Source: Candidatus Poribacteria bacterium
GTDB taxonomy: Bacteria; Poribacteria; WGA-4E; WGA-3G
Length of the DNA: 64,000 nt
Assembly (NCBI GenBank): GCA_965205015.1
Contig: OZ242029.1
Span: forward strand, 1,120,001 to 1,184,000
Direction: 5' to 3'
Part shown: one piece after another, positions 39,367 to 48,919 of the stretch
How positions within the stretch are numbered: the first letter of the stretch is position 1
Layout of the letters: every line of letters begins with the position of its first letter
Notes under the pieces: generated by a model
What the model saw: the letters and a program-made list of their open reading frames with translations, nothing else
Told to the model about the DNA's origin: nothing
Database searches by the model: none
Made by a program: the position numbers and the translations under genes

Positions 39367-40191
39367 ATGACACCCAAACAGCGATACCTTTTTGATTTAA
39401 CGGGGTATATCCACCTCAAAAACGTCCTCAGCGATGAAGAATTGCAAAATGCCCAAGATGCGGTCGAACGGTGCGTCCAAACACCACAGGATGAACTTCC
39501 GCCCGGTATTAGTTACGGCGGTGGCGGTTATTCCAACGGTTTTTCGTTCGACAAATCGCTTGAGGCACTCACACTTCACCCGAAAACATGGCCCATTGTG
39601 AAGGAACTTACCGATGATAAGCCCCGTTTTAATCGAGGCAGCCTCGTTGCTAAGGGACCAGAACACGATCAGGTTATCGGAAAGTTGCACTGTGCCCGTG
39701 AAGATTGCGGATGGCAGACGCGCCGCCATCATGTTAAGGATGGAAAGGTTCACTGTAACGACTTCGTCGTCTTTTTCTATTTCACCGATGTCCATCCAGG
39801 CGATGGCGGCTTGGTTGTATTACCGGGTTCCCACAAAGCAAAATTTGAACGTCCCGAGGGACTCTTCTTCCCCGACCCGGAGAACCCATCCGATGCGCTC
39901 CATCCTGCGTTAGTTAACGTGACAGCGCGCGCTGGCGATGCCATTATCCTGTCCGAACTGCTGACACACGGGGTCCTCATCTGGAAACCGAAGGAGCGGT
40001 ATCGACGGTTTATCATCTTGCGTTACAAAACACAGTTCTTCCAAGACGATAGGGGACCCAGAGACCCGTTCCCGCCTGAAGTGATGGAACGCCTCTCTCC
40101 TGAAACGATTGAACTTGCGCAACCTGCATTTTATACGCATATCAAAGATATTGTCAAAAGCGAACATGTCCAGCTAACCCAACAGGAGTAA
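39367..40191 (+). CDS. PhyH-fold Fe/2OG enzyme with H-C-A ligand motif
   Basis: YLFDLTGY, LHCARE, DGGLVVLPGSHK, LTHG, RRFIILRY. Confidence 0.85.
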   Translation: MTPKQRYLFDLTGYIHLKNVLSDEELQNAQDAVERCVQTPQDELPPGISYGGGGYSNGFSFDKSLEALTLHPKTWPIVKELTDDKPRFNRGSLVAKGPEHDQVIGKLHCAREDCGWQTRRHHVKDGKVHCNDFVVFFYFTDVHPGDGGLVVLPGSHKAKFERPEGLFFPDPENPSDALHPALVNVTARAGDAIILSELLTHGVLIWKPKERYRRFIILRYKTQFFQDDRGPRDPFPPEVMERLSPETIELAQPAFYTHIKDIVKSEHVQLTQQE

Positions 40192-40194
40192 AAA

Positions 40195-41034
40195 ATGACA
40201 CCAGAACAACGCTATCTGTTTGACGTTACAGGCTATTTACACATCGAGGGTGCCGTCAAAGGCGATGCCCTGAAGGAGGCACAGGAGGCTGTGGATCGAT
40301 ATATCCACATGCCGCTCGATGAACGTCCCGAAGGATTTACGACGCGACCTCGCGACTTAGAACCCGGCAAAGGTGGAAGATATGAACACGGATTCGCCTT
40401 TGATCGGTCGCTTGAGGCGATGACGGTGCATCCCGCTATCTGGCCCCTCATCAAAGAGTTTACCTTCGACCAACCCCGGTTTGTCACTGGCACGCTTACA
40501 CTCGAACAGCACAACCCGGACAGGCAACCGATGGGGACAAACCCGGCAGGTTTGCACTGCGCACGCGAGGGACGGCATTGGCTCACCCGCTACGAGGTTC
40601 AGAATAGCCAAATCTACTGCAACGATTTCGTGGCGTTCTTCTATTTAACAGATGTGCAGCCCGGCGATGGTGGGCTTATTGTTATTCCGGGTTCGCATAA
40701 GAGCAAATTCGAGAGACCTGAAGATCTTTTAACGCCGGGATCCGACGGCATTGACCCCGAACCGGATGACGTTTTTACGAATATCACACCCAAGGCAGGC
40801 GATTTTGTCGTCATTTCTGAACTGTTGACACACGGCGTTTTGCGGTGGAAACCGAAGGATCGCGATAGACGTTTCCTGATCCTCCGCTATCGTCCGCAAT
40901 ACGAGGGGAATCCGAGTCTGCCGGAGACAATCATCCATCGATTAACACCTGAAGTTCAGGAACTGGTGCAAACCGCGTCCTATGGACATACGAAAGAAGT
41001 TGTCAAACAAGATGTCGTAGAATTAACCGTTTAA
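40195..41034 (+). CDS. PhyH-fold Fe/2OG enzyme with H-C-A ligand motif (paralog)
   Basis: YLFDVTGY, LHCARE, DGGLIVIPGSHK, LTHG, RRFLILRY. Confidence 0.85.
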   Translation: MTPEQRYLFDVTGYLHIEGAVKGDALKEAQEAVDRYIHMPLDERPEGFTTRPRDLEPGKGGRYEHGFAFDRSLEAMTVHPAIWPLIKEFTFDQPRFVTGTLTLEQHNPDRQPMGTNPAGLHCAREGRHWLTRYEVQNSQIYCNDFVAFFYLTDVQPGDGGLIVIPGSHKSKFERPEDLLTPGSDGIDPEPDDVFTNITPKAGDFVVISELLTHGVLRWKPKDRDRRFLILRYRPQYEGNPSLPETIIHRLTPEVQELVQTASYGHTKEVVKQDVVELTV

Positions 41035-41083
41035 GGGATTTCTAACAGGACCTGCTACGGGTCAAAACAAAGAGGAAAACCGA

Positions 41084-42127
41084 ATGGGAACGAGTCAATA
41101 TCGTGTTTGCATTGTTGGTTGTGGTAGAATGGGCGGCACAATTGATGAAGAGGTCCGTGCAACCCCCCATGGTGCGTTGCCCTACTCACACGCCGCAGGA
41201 TATACCGCTTTTGAGCGGACAGACATTGTCGCCGCCGCGGATGTCGTTGAAGAGAAGGCACAATACGTCTGCGATAAATGGAACATCCCGAAGTACTACT
41301 TAGACTATCAAGAGATGATTGTGGCGGAAAAACCGGATATTGTCAGTATCGCTACACGTCCAGGGAATCATGCCGACATCACGCAATTTGCGGCAGAAAA
41401 TGGTGTGAAGGGCATCTATTGCGATAAACCGCTCTGTGCTTCCATGGAAGAGGCGGATGCCATGGTAGAGGTGTGCGAAAAATATAACGTCAAGTTCAAT
41501 CTCGGCACGCAGCGTCGTTACACGCCGGGATATATCAAGATGCGCGAGATTCTCGAAAGTGGTGAACTTGGCGAAAGACGTTCTATCATCGCGTATAGCG
41601 GCGGTTCTGCGCTTTGGGGATATACGCACGCCGCGGATATGCTTCTCTTCTTGGCAAGCGACTCTCCAATAGAATACGTCCAAGGGAACGTCGCTGTTGA
41701 CGATGCCGATTTTGAAGACAATCGCACCGAAACCGATCCGGGTATTGTCATGGGATTTATCCGTTTCCAGAACGGTATTAACGGCATCAGCATCCCCGGC
41801 ACGGCTTACGAATTTGAGGTGAATTGTAGCGAAGGCACAATTCGTGCGCTCAATAATGGACTCGGCTTCCATCTCCGTAAACGGCAGGGACAGTTTAACG
41901 AGATTTTGGAAGCGCAATTCCCACCCTACGAACGCAAGAGCGGCACCGTCGGGTGCATTGAGGATATTGTTGAGGCGATTGAGACCGAAACCGAAACACA
42001 AGGGAACATCCACCTCGCACACCGAAGCACTGAGATGGTCTTCGCAATCGTTGATTCACAACGGCAGCAGGGTGTCCGAGTGCCGATGCCGATGGAAAAC
42101 CGAGGACTCTACCTCGGCAGGTGGTGA
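41084..42127 (+). CDS. Gfo/Idh/MocA family oxidoreductase
   Basis: IVGCGRMG, IYCDKP, GTQRRY, THAAD. Confidence 0.85.
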   Translation: MGTSQYRVCIVGCGRMGGTIDEEVRATPHGALPYSHAAGYTAFERTDIVAAADVVEEKAQYVCDKWNIPKYYLDYQEMIVAEKPDIVSIATRPGNHADITQFAAENGVKGIYCDKPLCASMEEADAMVEVCEKYNVKFNLGTQRRYTPGYIKMREILESGELGERRSIIAYSGGSALWGYTHAADMLLFLASDSPIEYVQGNVAVDDADFEDNRTETDPGIVMGFIRFQNGINGISIPGTAYEFEVNCSEGTIRALNNGLGFHLRKRQGQFNEILEAQFPPYERKSGTVGCIEDIVEAIETETETQGNIHLAHRSTEMVFAIVDSQRQQGVRVPMPMENRGLYLGRW

Positions 42128-42214
42128 TGCGACTGTCTGAATCAGCGCCCCTTATCAGGAGGACAGGATTTGAGGATGGGCAGGATTATCAGTGTTTGAA
42201 AATAGGGAGTTAAA

Positions 42215-42982
42215 TTGATGCTAAGAACACTTGGTGAGTTTACGAAGCAGACCTCTCTGAAATTGCTGATTATTGGCGTGGCGCTCCTGCTGAGTTACGC
42301 CATACATGCAGAAAATGCGCAGCGTCCAGCCAGTACGCGCTACGAACAGCGCACACCCAGTCGAGACGGTATCGGCAAATTTTACATGGGACGCGAAATC
42401 TCCCACGTAATGGGGCACCAAGGGGCAGAATGGTTGGAGCGCCCCGAACGTGAACGCGAAGAGATGCCGAACGTCCTCGTCAAACTGCTGAAACTCAAAG
42501 AAGGAGATGTCGTGGCGGATATCGGTGTCGGTACAGGTTATATCGCTCGCCGCATCTCTCCGAAAATCGGGGAGACAGGTACTGTTTACGGTGTTGACAT
42601 TCAGCAGGAGATGCTCGACCTCCTTGATGAGAAAATGGCAGAGGTAGGTATCACAAATGTCAAGGGGGTATTGGGTACTATTACCGACCCGAAATTGCCG
42701 CCGGAATCGGTAGACGTGGCGATTATGGTGGATGTCTACCACGAGTTTTCACATCCGTATGAGATGATGCAGAATATCTGTCGCGGTCTCAAAATGGGCG
42801 GTCGGGTCGTTTTTGTGGAATATCGTGCGGAAGACCGGCGTGTTCCGATTAAACGTTTGCACAAGATGAGCGAGTTACAGGTGATTAAAGAGGCGACACC
42901 GCACCCGCTTGTGTGGGTAGAAACGCTCGATGACTTGCCGTGGCAGCATGTTATCATTTTTGAGAAGATTGCGGCACAGTAA
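42215..42982 (+). CDS. Exported class I SAM-dependent methyltransferase
   Basis: VADIGVGTGY, VDIQ, MVDVYHEF; signal-peptide-like N-terminus. Confidence 0.88.
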   Translation: MMLRTLGEFTKQTSLKLLIIGVALLLSYAIHAENAQRPASTRYEQRTPSRDGIGKFYMGREISHVMGHQGAEWLERPEREREEMPNVLVKLLKLKEGDVVADIGVGTGYIARRISPKIGETGTVYGVDIQQEMLDLLDEKMAEVGITNVKGVLGTITDPKLPPESVDVAIMVDVYHEFSHPYEMMQNICRGLKMGGRVVFVEYRAEDRRVPIKRLHKMSELQVIKEATPHPLVWVETLDDLPWQHVIIFEKIAAQ

Positions 42983-43027
42983 GATGTCTCCTTACAAACA
43001 TGATTCCAACAATCCAGCGGGAAACGT

Positions 43028-43056
43028 TTGACAAAAACGCAACCTTATCGTAAAAT
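43028..43056 (+). promoter_or_regulatory. Sigma70-type promoter
   Basis: TTGACA-17 nt-TAAAAT. Confidence 0.65.
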
Positions 43057-43196
43057 TATAGATAAGTTGCTAAACCTTTTGAAGAATCTTGCGTCACAAT
43101 TGCCAATCCTGTTACAGCAAGTCGCGGCTTGCATTTTTCGATGATCAGCCAACTTGCGATCTGTTGTCTATAACACTGAAAAGGGAGAGAATTCCT

Positions 43197-46100
43197 GTGA
43201 AAACTGCTAACAATACGATTCCACTAATGGCTCTGTTGGTGTGTTTCTGCCTCACCGTGTTAGGACTACCCTCGGCGTTTGCAGAACATCACGAAACGGA
43301 ACAAGCGAATATAAATTACAATCTCGATATCCGTCCCATTCTTGCGAATAACTGTTATGCTTGCCACGGACCAGATGCGAAGAGTCGTCAAGCCAACCTG
43401 CGGATTGATACGAAAGAAGGGGCGTTCTCTGAACCGAGCGGATACCCGGTCATTGTTCCCGGTAAACCCAAAGAGAGCGAACTCCACCTTCGCATCATCT
43501 CCAACGATGACAATTATCGCATGCCGCCAGCAGATTTCAATAAAACGCTAACACCGGCACAAATTGAAGCGGTTACACAGTGGATTCGCGAAGGCGCGAA
43601 ATGGGAAGAGCACTGGGCATTTACAACACCCGTCCGCCCAACGCCACCAGAGATCAAGAACGGAGATTGGGTACGCAACCCGATTGATGCATTCATACTT
43701 TCACGCCTCGAAAAAGAGGATCTACAACCCGCAAACGAAGCCGATAAACGAACGCTCATCCGACGTTTAAGTTTAGACCTCACCGGCTTACCACCGACAC
43801 GTGAGGAGATTCACCAATTCCTCGCAGATGATTCACCCGACGCTTACGAGAAAGTTATTGATGCCTTCATGGCAAAACCGGAATATGGCGAACACCTCGG
43901 ACGTTTCTGGTTAGACGTCGCACGGTACGGTGATACGCACGGGCTCCATTTAGATAACTACCGTGAAATGTGGCCCTACCGGGACTGGGTTATTGAGGCA
44001 TTCAATGAAAACATGCCGTTTGATCAGTTTACAACGGAGCAGTTAGCGGGAGACCTTTTGCCGGAACCGACACTTGAACAACAGATCGCTACAGGCTTTA
44101 ACAGATGCCATGTCACAACAAGTGAAGGCGGTTCGATTGATGAAGAATACTATGTCCAATACGCGATTGACAGAGCCGACACGACCTCTACTGTCTGGAT
44201 GGGATTAACTGTCGGATGCGCGCAGTGCCACGATCATAAATACGATCCGATCACGCAGAAGGAATTCTACCAACTCTACGCCTATTTCAACAACATCACC
44301 GAAAAGGCTATGGACGGCAACCGCAAGGATTCTCCGCCTGTTGTGAAGTTGCCGACCCCGGAGCAGGAAGCTGAACTCGCGGCGTTTGATGAACAGATCA
44401 CCGAACTGGATGCACAGACGAAAACTCCTATCCCTGAAATAGATGCGACGCAAATCGCTTGGGAAAATAGGATCCCACGCTGGACGACGCTGAAACCGAC
44501 CTCGCTCTACTCAAAAGGCGATGCGACACTTGAAGTTTTAGAAGACAACTCCATATTAGTCAGTGGCAACAATCCTGAACAGGAGATCTACGAGGTTACT
44601 ATCGAAATACCACCCGGTAAATGGAGTGCCGTCCGTTTAGAAGGTCTCACACACGAATCTCTGCCAGAAAGTGGGTTCGGTAGGAGCGATAACGGCAATG
44701 TCGTTTTGACAGATTTCGCACTCTTCATTGCACCAGCCGTAGAAGGCGACGCCTCTCCGACAGAAGAAGGCAGTGACAGTGATGCCGAGGCTGAGACGCA
44801 GGTAGAAAACGAAACCACCGCTGATGTCGATACTGAGGCAGAAACGGGAAGTACGCCTGCCCCTGATGCCGACACTGAGGCAGAAACAGGAAACACACCC
44901 ACCGATGATGTCGATGCCGAAGCGCAAACGGAAAGCACATCAACAGGGGACGCGAGCGTGGAAGGCGAGACCGAAAATACCGATACCGACGATCCATGGA
45001 CACGTATCCAAGTCGTGCATGCCTGGGCAGATCACGAACAAGCACTTGGGGAAAACAATCTTGAGGGTGTCGTTGCAAATGCAATTGACGATAAGCCGGA
45101 AACCGGATGGGCACTTGACCGAAGGAGTGAAAATCGGCAAGCCATTTTCCTTGCCGCTGCCCCCTTCGGAAGCGAAGGCGGCAGATTGAAAGTCCGCCTT
45201 AAGCATGAATATGACTTGCGGCACAAGCAACTTGGACGATTCCGACTTGCGCTTACGGATACCCCAACGATTTACCCCATCGGTTCCAAGATTACCTTAG
45301 GCGACTGGCACGCAGCAGGTCCATTTACTGCTGAACACGGTAACCTCGCCTTCTACCAAGTCTACGAACCTGAAACGAAAAACGTCAACACAGGCGATAC
45401 ATTTGAGGTGAACGGTAAAACCATCAAATGGGAGAAGCAGACGCATTGGGTCGACGAACAGGTGCATAACGACATCGTTGGCGAAAATAGTGCTACTTAC
45501 CTCTCCCGGACCATAACCTCTGTTACCCAACAGAAAGCACTCCTGTATATCGGAAGCAACGATGCACTGAAAGTTTGGATGAACGGCACGGAACTCCTTG
45601 CGAAAAACGTTCAGCGGGATGCGGCTGCCGACCAAGAACAGATGCAGGTCACTCTCAAGCCCGGTAACAATAAGCTCCTCCTGAAAGTCGTCAACTACTC
45701 AGGTCCGTCCGGTTTCTACTTCCGTATTGAAAGTGCGCCACCGATGGTGCCAGCCAATATTGTCGATATCGCGGGGATGCCGCGTGGCGAACGTGAGACC
45801 GCACAGACGGAACAGATCCGGGATTTCTATAGGCAGAACATCACGCCAGATAAGAGCATCAACGAAAACGCCAAGCGCGCCTTCGCGGATCTGAAAACAC
45901 TTTTTGCTGACTTATCAGAAGTTAAAGGGAAGCGGAACACGCTCGATGCAGAAGTAACGACTACACTCGTCATGCAGGAGCGAGAGGAACCGAGAGGTGC
46001 CTACGTCTTAGCACGCGGTGAATACCAGCATCGGGAGGAACAGGTTTATCCGCAAACCCCGTCAGTCCTGTCTCCCATGCCAGAAGATGCGACACCGAAC

Positions 46101-47051
46101 CGCCTTGGCTTTGCGAAATGGCTGCTGTCCCCGGAACACCCCCTTACCGCCCGTGTCACGATCAATCGATTTTGGCAAAACGTCTTCGGGACGGGGATTG
46201 TGAAAACATCAGAAGATTTCGGGACACAAGGCACCGCGCCGGTGCACCCAGAACTTCTCGATTGGCTTGCGACCGAATTTGTTGCATCGGGATGGGATAT
46301 TCAAGCCATGCTCAAATTGATACTCACCTCCGCAACATATCGTCAGAGCGCACACGTTACTCCCGAAAAATTGGAACGCGATGCAGATAACGAACTACTC
46401 TCCCGCAGTCCAAGGTACCGGCTTGATGCCGAAATCGTGCGAGATAACGCGCTCGCTCTCAGTGGCTTGTTGTATACTAAAATTGGCGGTCCAAGTGTCA
46501 AACCGCCACAACCCGATGGACTCTGGAAAGCCGTCGGGTTTACAGGATCCAATACCGATACGTTCGTTAAAGATACCGGTGCTGATAAGGTATACCGCCG
46601 GAGTCTCTACACATTCTGGAAGCGTACCGCACCCCCGCCACAGATGAACATTCTGGACGCTCCGTCCCGTGAAGCCTGCACAATCCGCCGTGAACGTACC
46701 AACACGCCGATGCAGGCGTTAATGCTGATGAACGATCCACAGTTCTTTGAAGCGGCGCGCGTTTTCGCAGAGCGCACCCTTAAGGAGGGAGGCGACACAC
46801 CAGAAGCGCGTATCGCCTACATTTTTGAGGCAGCAACCGCTCGCCTTCCGAAGCCAAACGAGGAAGCCCTGATATTGGAGACGTTCCAAGCCCACTATCA
46901 GGAATTGGAGGCAAATCCAGAAGCAGCCAAAGAACTCATCGCTGTCGGTGAATCGCCACCTGATGAGACTTTAGATGCAGTCGAAGTCGCTGCCTGGACA
47001 ATGATTGCAAACCTGATTCTCAACCTGGACGAAGTCCTGAACAAAGGATGA
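43197..47051 (+). CDS. Planctomycete-type cytochrome c plus DUF1549/DUF1553 (PSD1) protein
   Basis: CYACH and CAQCHDHKYDP heme motifs, NPIDAFI, WLDVARYGDT, HPELLDWLA, NTPMQAL; GTG start 43197. Confidence 0.9.
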   Translation: MKTANNTIPLMALLVCFCLTVLGLPSAFAEHHETEQANINYNLDIRPILANNCYACHGPDAKSRQANLRIDTKEGAFSEPSGYPVIVPGKPKESELHLRIISNDDNYRMPPADFNKTLTPAQIEAVTQWIREGAKWEEHWAFTTPVRPTPPEIKNGDWVRNPIDAFILSRLEKEDLQPANEADKRTLIRRLSLDLTGLPPTREEIHQFLADDSPDAYEKVIDAFMAKPEYGEHLGRFWLDVARYGDTHGLHLDNYREMWPYRDWVIEAFNENMPFDQFTTEQLAGDLLPEPTLEQQIATGFNRCHVTTSEGGSIDEEYYVQYAIDRADTTSTVWMGLTVGCAQCHDHKYDPITQKEFYQLYAYFNNITEKAMDGNRKDSPPVVKLPTPEQEAELAAFDEQITELDAQTKTPIPEIDATQIAWENRIPRWTTLKPTSLYSKGDATLEVLEDNSILVSGNNPEQEIYEVTIEIPPGKWSAVRLEGLTHESLPESGFGRSDNGNVVLTDFALFIAPAVEGDASPTEEGSDSDAEAETQVENETTADVDTEAETGSTPAPDADTEAETGNTPTDDVDAEAQTESTSTGDASVEGETENTDTDDPWTRIQVVHAWADHEQALGENNLEGVVANAIDDKPETGWALDRRSENRQAIFLAAAPFGSEGGRLKVRLKHEYDLRHKQLGRFRLALTDTPTIYPIGSKITLGDWHAAGPFTAEHGNLAFYQVYEPETKNVNTGDTFEVNGKTIKWEKQTHWVDEQVHNDIVGENSATYLSRTITSVTQQKALLYIGSNDALKVWMNGTELLAKNVQRDAAADQEQMQVTLKPGNNKLLLKVVNYSGPSGFYFRIESAPPMVPANIVDIAGMPRGERETAQTEQIRDFYRQNITPDKSINENAKRAFADLKTLFADLSEVKGKRNTLDAEVTTTLVMQEREEPRGAYVLARGEYQHREEQVYPQTPSVLSPMPEDATPNRLGFAKWLLSPEHPLTARVTINRFWQNVFGTGIVKTSEDFGTQGTAPVHPELLDWLATEFVASGWDIQAMLKLILTSATYRQSAHVTPEKLERDADNELLSRSPRYRLDAEIVRDNALALSGLLYTKIGGPSVKPPQPDGLWKAVGFTGSNTDTFVKDTGADKVYRRSLYTFWKRTAPPPQMNILDAPSREACTIRRERTNTPMQALMLMNDPQFFEAARVFAERTLKEGGDTPEARIAYIFEAATARLPKPNEEALILETFQAHYQELEANPEAAKELIAVGESPPDETLDAVEVAAWTMIANLILNLDEVLNKG
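44781..44990 (+). repeat. Five degenerate 42-bp (14-aa) acidic tandem repeats inside the CDS
   Basis: DAEAETQVENETTA / DVDTEAETGSTPAP / DADTEAETGNTPTD / DVDAEAQTESTSTG / DASVEGETENTDTD. Confidence 0.8.
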
Positions 47052-47096
47052 TGCCTATTGGGCGCGTCCCATTTGATGAAAATTAGGAGATAGACA

Positions 47097-48575
47097 ATGG
47101 ACCCAATTAAGGAATACTTGAAACTTGAAACCCGTCGCCAATTCTTTGGTAAATTCGCGTCAGGTCTCGGCGGAGCGGCGCTCGCCTCACTACTACCGAA
47201 CGCCGTTGTCAACGCGCTCGAAAGTCAAGCGAAACCGAGATTTGGAGGTTTACCAGAGTTACCACACTTCGCCCCGAAAGCGAAACGTGCCATTTACCTG
47301 TTCATGTCCGGTGCCCCGTCCCAACTCGATCTCTATGACTACAAACCGAATATGGGGAAGTGGTTCGATACAGATCTCCCTGAATCCGTCCGGATGGGTC
47401 AACGCCTCACAACGATGACCTCAGGACAGGATAAGTTCCCGATCGCACCTTCCATATTTGAATTCAAGAAGTATGATAACGGGGGTGACGGTGTATGGAT
47501 GAGCGAACTGCTACCACACACGGGATCGGTAGCGAAAGACCTTGCGGTTATCAAGACGGTACATACCGAGGCGATTAACCACGATCCTGCTATCACCTTC
47601 TTTTGTACCGGTGATGAAAGTCCCGGTAAACCGAGTCTTGGGGCATGGTTGAGTTATGGACTCGGTAGTGAAAACGAAAATTTGCCTGCATTTATCGTGA
47701 TGAACGCCACATGGAGCGGTCCGAAAGGGGCACAGGCACTCTATAATCGACTTTGGGGCTCCGGTTTCCTCCCATCAGAACACCAAGGCGTGCTACTTCG
47801 CAGCCAAGGCGACCCTGTCCTATTCCTCTCGAATCCGGAAGGTGTCAACGAAAAAACGAGAAAACGGATGTTAGACACCCTCGTTGAACTCAACAAGGAG
47901 CTCTATGAGGAGGTCGGCGATCCCGAAACACATGCGCGCATCTCACAATACGAAATGGCATTTCGTATGCAGACGAGTGTGCCTGAATTGACGGATTTAT
48001 CTCAAGAACCCGAGCACGTCTTAGAACTGTATGGACCTGAGGTAAAGACGCCTGGCACGTTCGCTAACTGCTGCATCCTCGCCCGTCGGATGATGGAGCG
48101 TGATGTCCGCCTCGCTCAAATCTTCCACCGTGGCTGGGATCAGCACGGGCAACTCCCCACGAACATTCGCAACCAGGCTCGGGATATCGATCAGCCCTCG
48201 GCTGGACTTATCACAGACTTAAAACAGCGCGGGATGCTCGATGAAACCTTGGTCGTCTGGGGCGGCGAATTTGGAAGAACCGTCTACTGTCAAGGCACTC
48301 TCACCCCGGATAACTATGGACGCGACCACCATCCGAAGTGCTTTACGCGCTGGATGGCTGGCGGCGGTATCAAAGGTGGTGTGGTCCACGGCGAAACCGA
48401 TGACTTCAGTTACAATATCGTCAAAGACCCTGTTCACGTTCGGGATATAAATGCCACTATTCTGCGTCTACTCGGGATCGACCACGAGCGGTTAACCTTT
48501 AAGTTCCAAGGGCTTGATCATCGGTTAACAGGCGTTGAGGAAAAAGCGCGGATCGTCCGTGAGATTTTAGCATAA
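47097..48575 (+). CDS. DUF1501 family (sulfatase-like fold) Tat-exported protein
   Basis: TRRQFF Tat motif, [29 protein letters not shown]. Confidence 0.9.
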   Translation: MDPIKEYLKLETRRQFFGKFASGLGGAALASLLPNAVVNALESQAKPRFGGLPELPHFAPKAKRAIYLFMSGAPSQLDLYDYKPNMGKWFDTDLPESVRMGQRLTTMTSGQDKFPIAPSIFEFKKYDNGGDGVWMSELLPHTGSVAKDLAVIKTVHTEAINHDPAITFFCTGDESPGKPSLGAWLSYGLGSENENLPAFIVMNATWSGPKGAQALYNRLWGSGFLPSEHQGVLLRSQGDPVLFLSNPEGVNEKTRKRMLDTLVELNKELYEEVGDPETHARISQYEMAFRMQTSVPELTDLSQEPEHVLELYGPEVKTPGTFANCCILARRMMERDVRLAQIFHRGWDQHGQLPTNIRNQARDIDQPSAGLITDLKQRGMLDETLVVWGGEFGRTVYCQGTLTPDNYGRDHHPKCFTRWMAGGGIKGGVVHGETDDFSYNIVKDPVHVRDINATILRLLGIDHERLTFKFQGLDHRLTGVEEKARIVREILA

Positions 48576-48617
48576 GCGTCGGCATCTATCGTAAATCCGA
48601 TAGTTCTCTAAAGGGCA

Positions 48618-48881
48618 GTGCCGCAGCTTTCTTCTCTTAAAGAGAGGAGCCCGTTTTGGGCTCACATTTGGAGGTGGAGTTCGGATTACGGTCGCAGTTT
48701 AACACTTTGGGCGCTGTGGTCGCTGCTCATCGCCCTCTCCTTTTCGCTCCTGTATACGTCGGGACCTTCATGGCTTCCGGAGTGGTTACAGGAGCGGATG
48801 CCACAATTCCATCAAGTAACTGGGACTGACGTGGGGCTCCCTTTAACCTTTTGGAAATCCTTTTGGAAATCCTTGATTTAA
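48618..48881 (+). pseudogene. Truncated fragment paralogous to the ion-channel region of 50458-51615
   Basis: IWRWSSDYGRSLTLWALWS...PQFHQ.TG...PLTFW matches LWRWSSDYGRSLVLWAFWS...PRFHQSTG...PLTFW; ends before the pore loop. Confidence 0.75.
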
Positions 48882-48919
48882 TCGCTCACAAGCGACATCT
48901 TACCCTTCCTGGAGGCTCC

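Noticed and set aside
41300-42022. 240-aa minus-strand ORF
   Set aside because: Antisense shadow of the Gfo/Idh/MocA gene with no motifs
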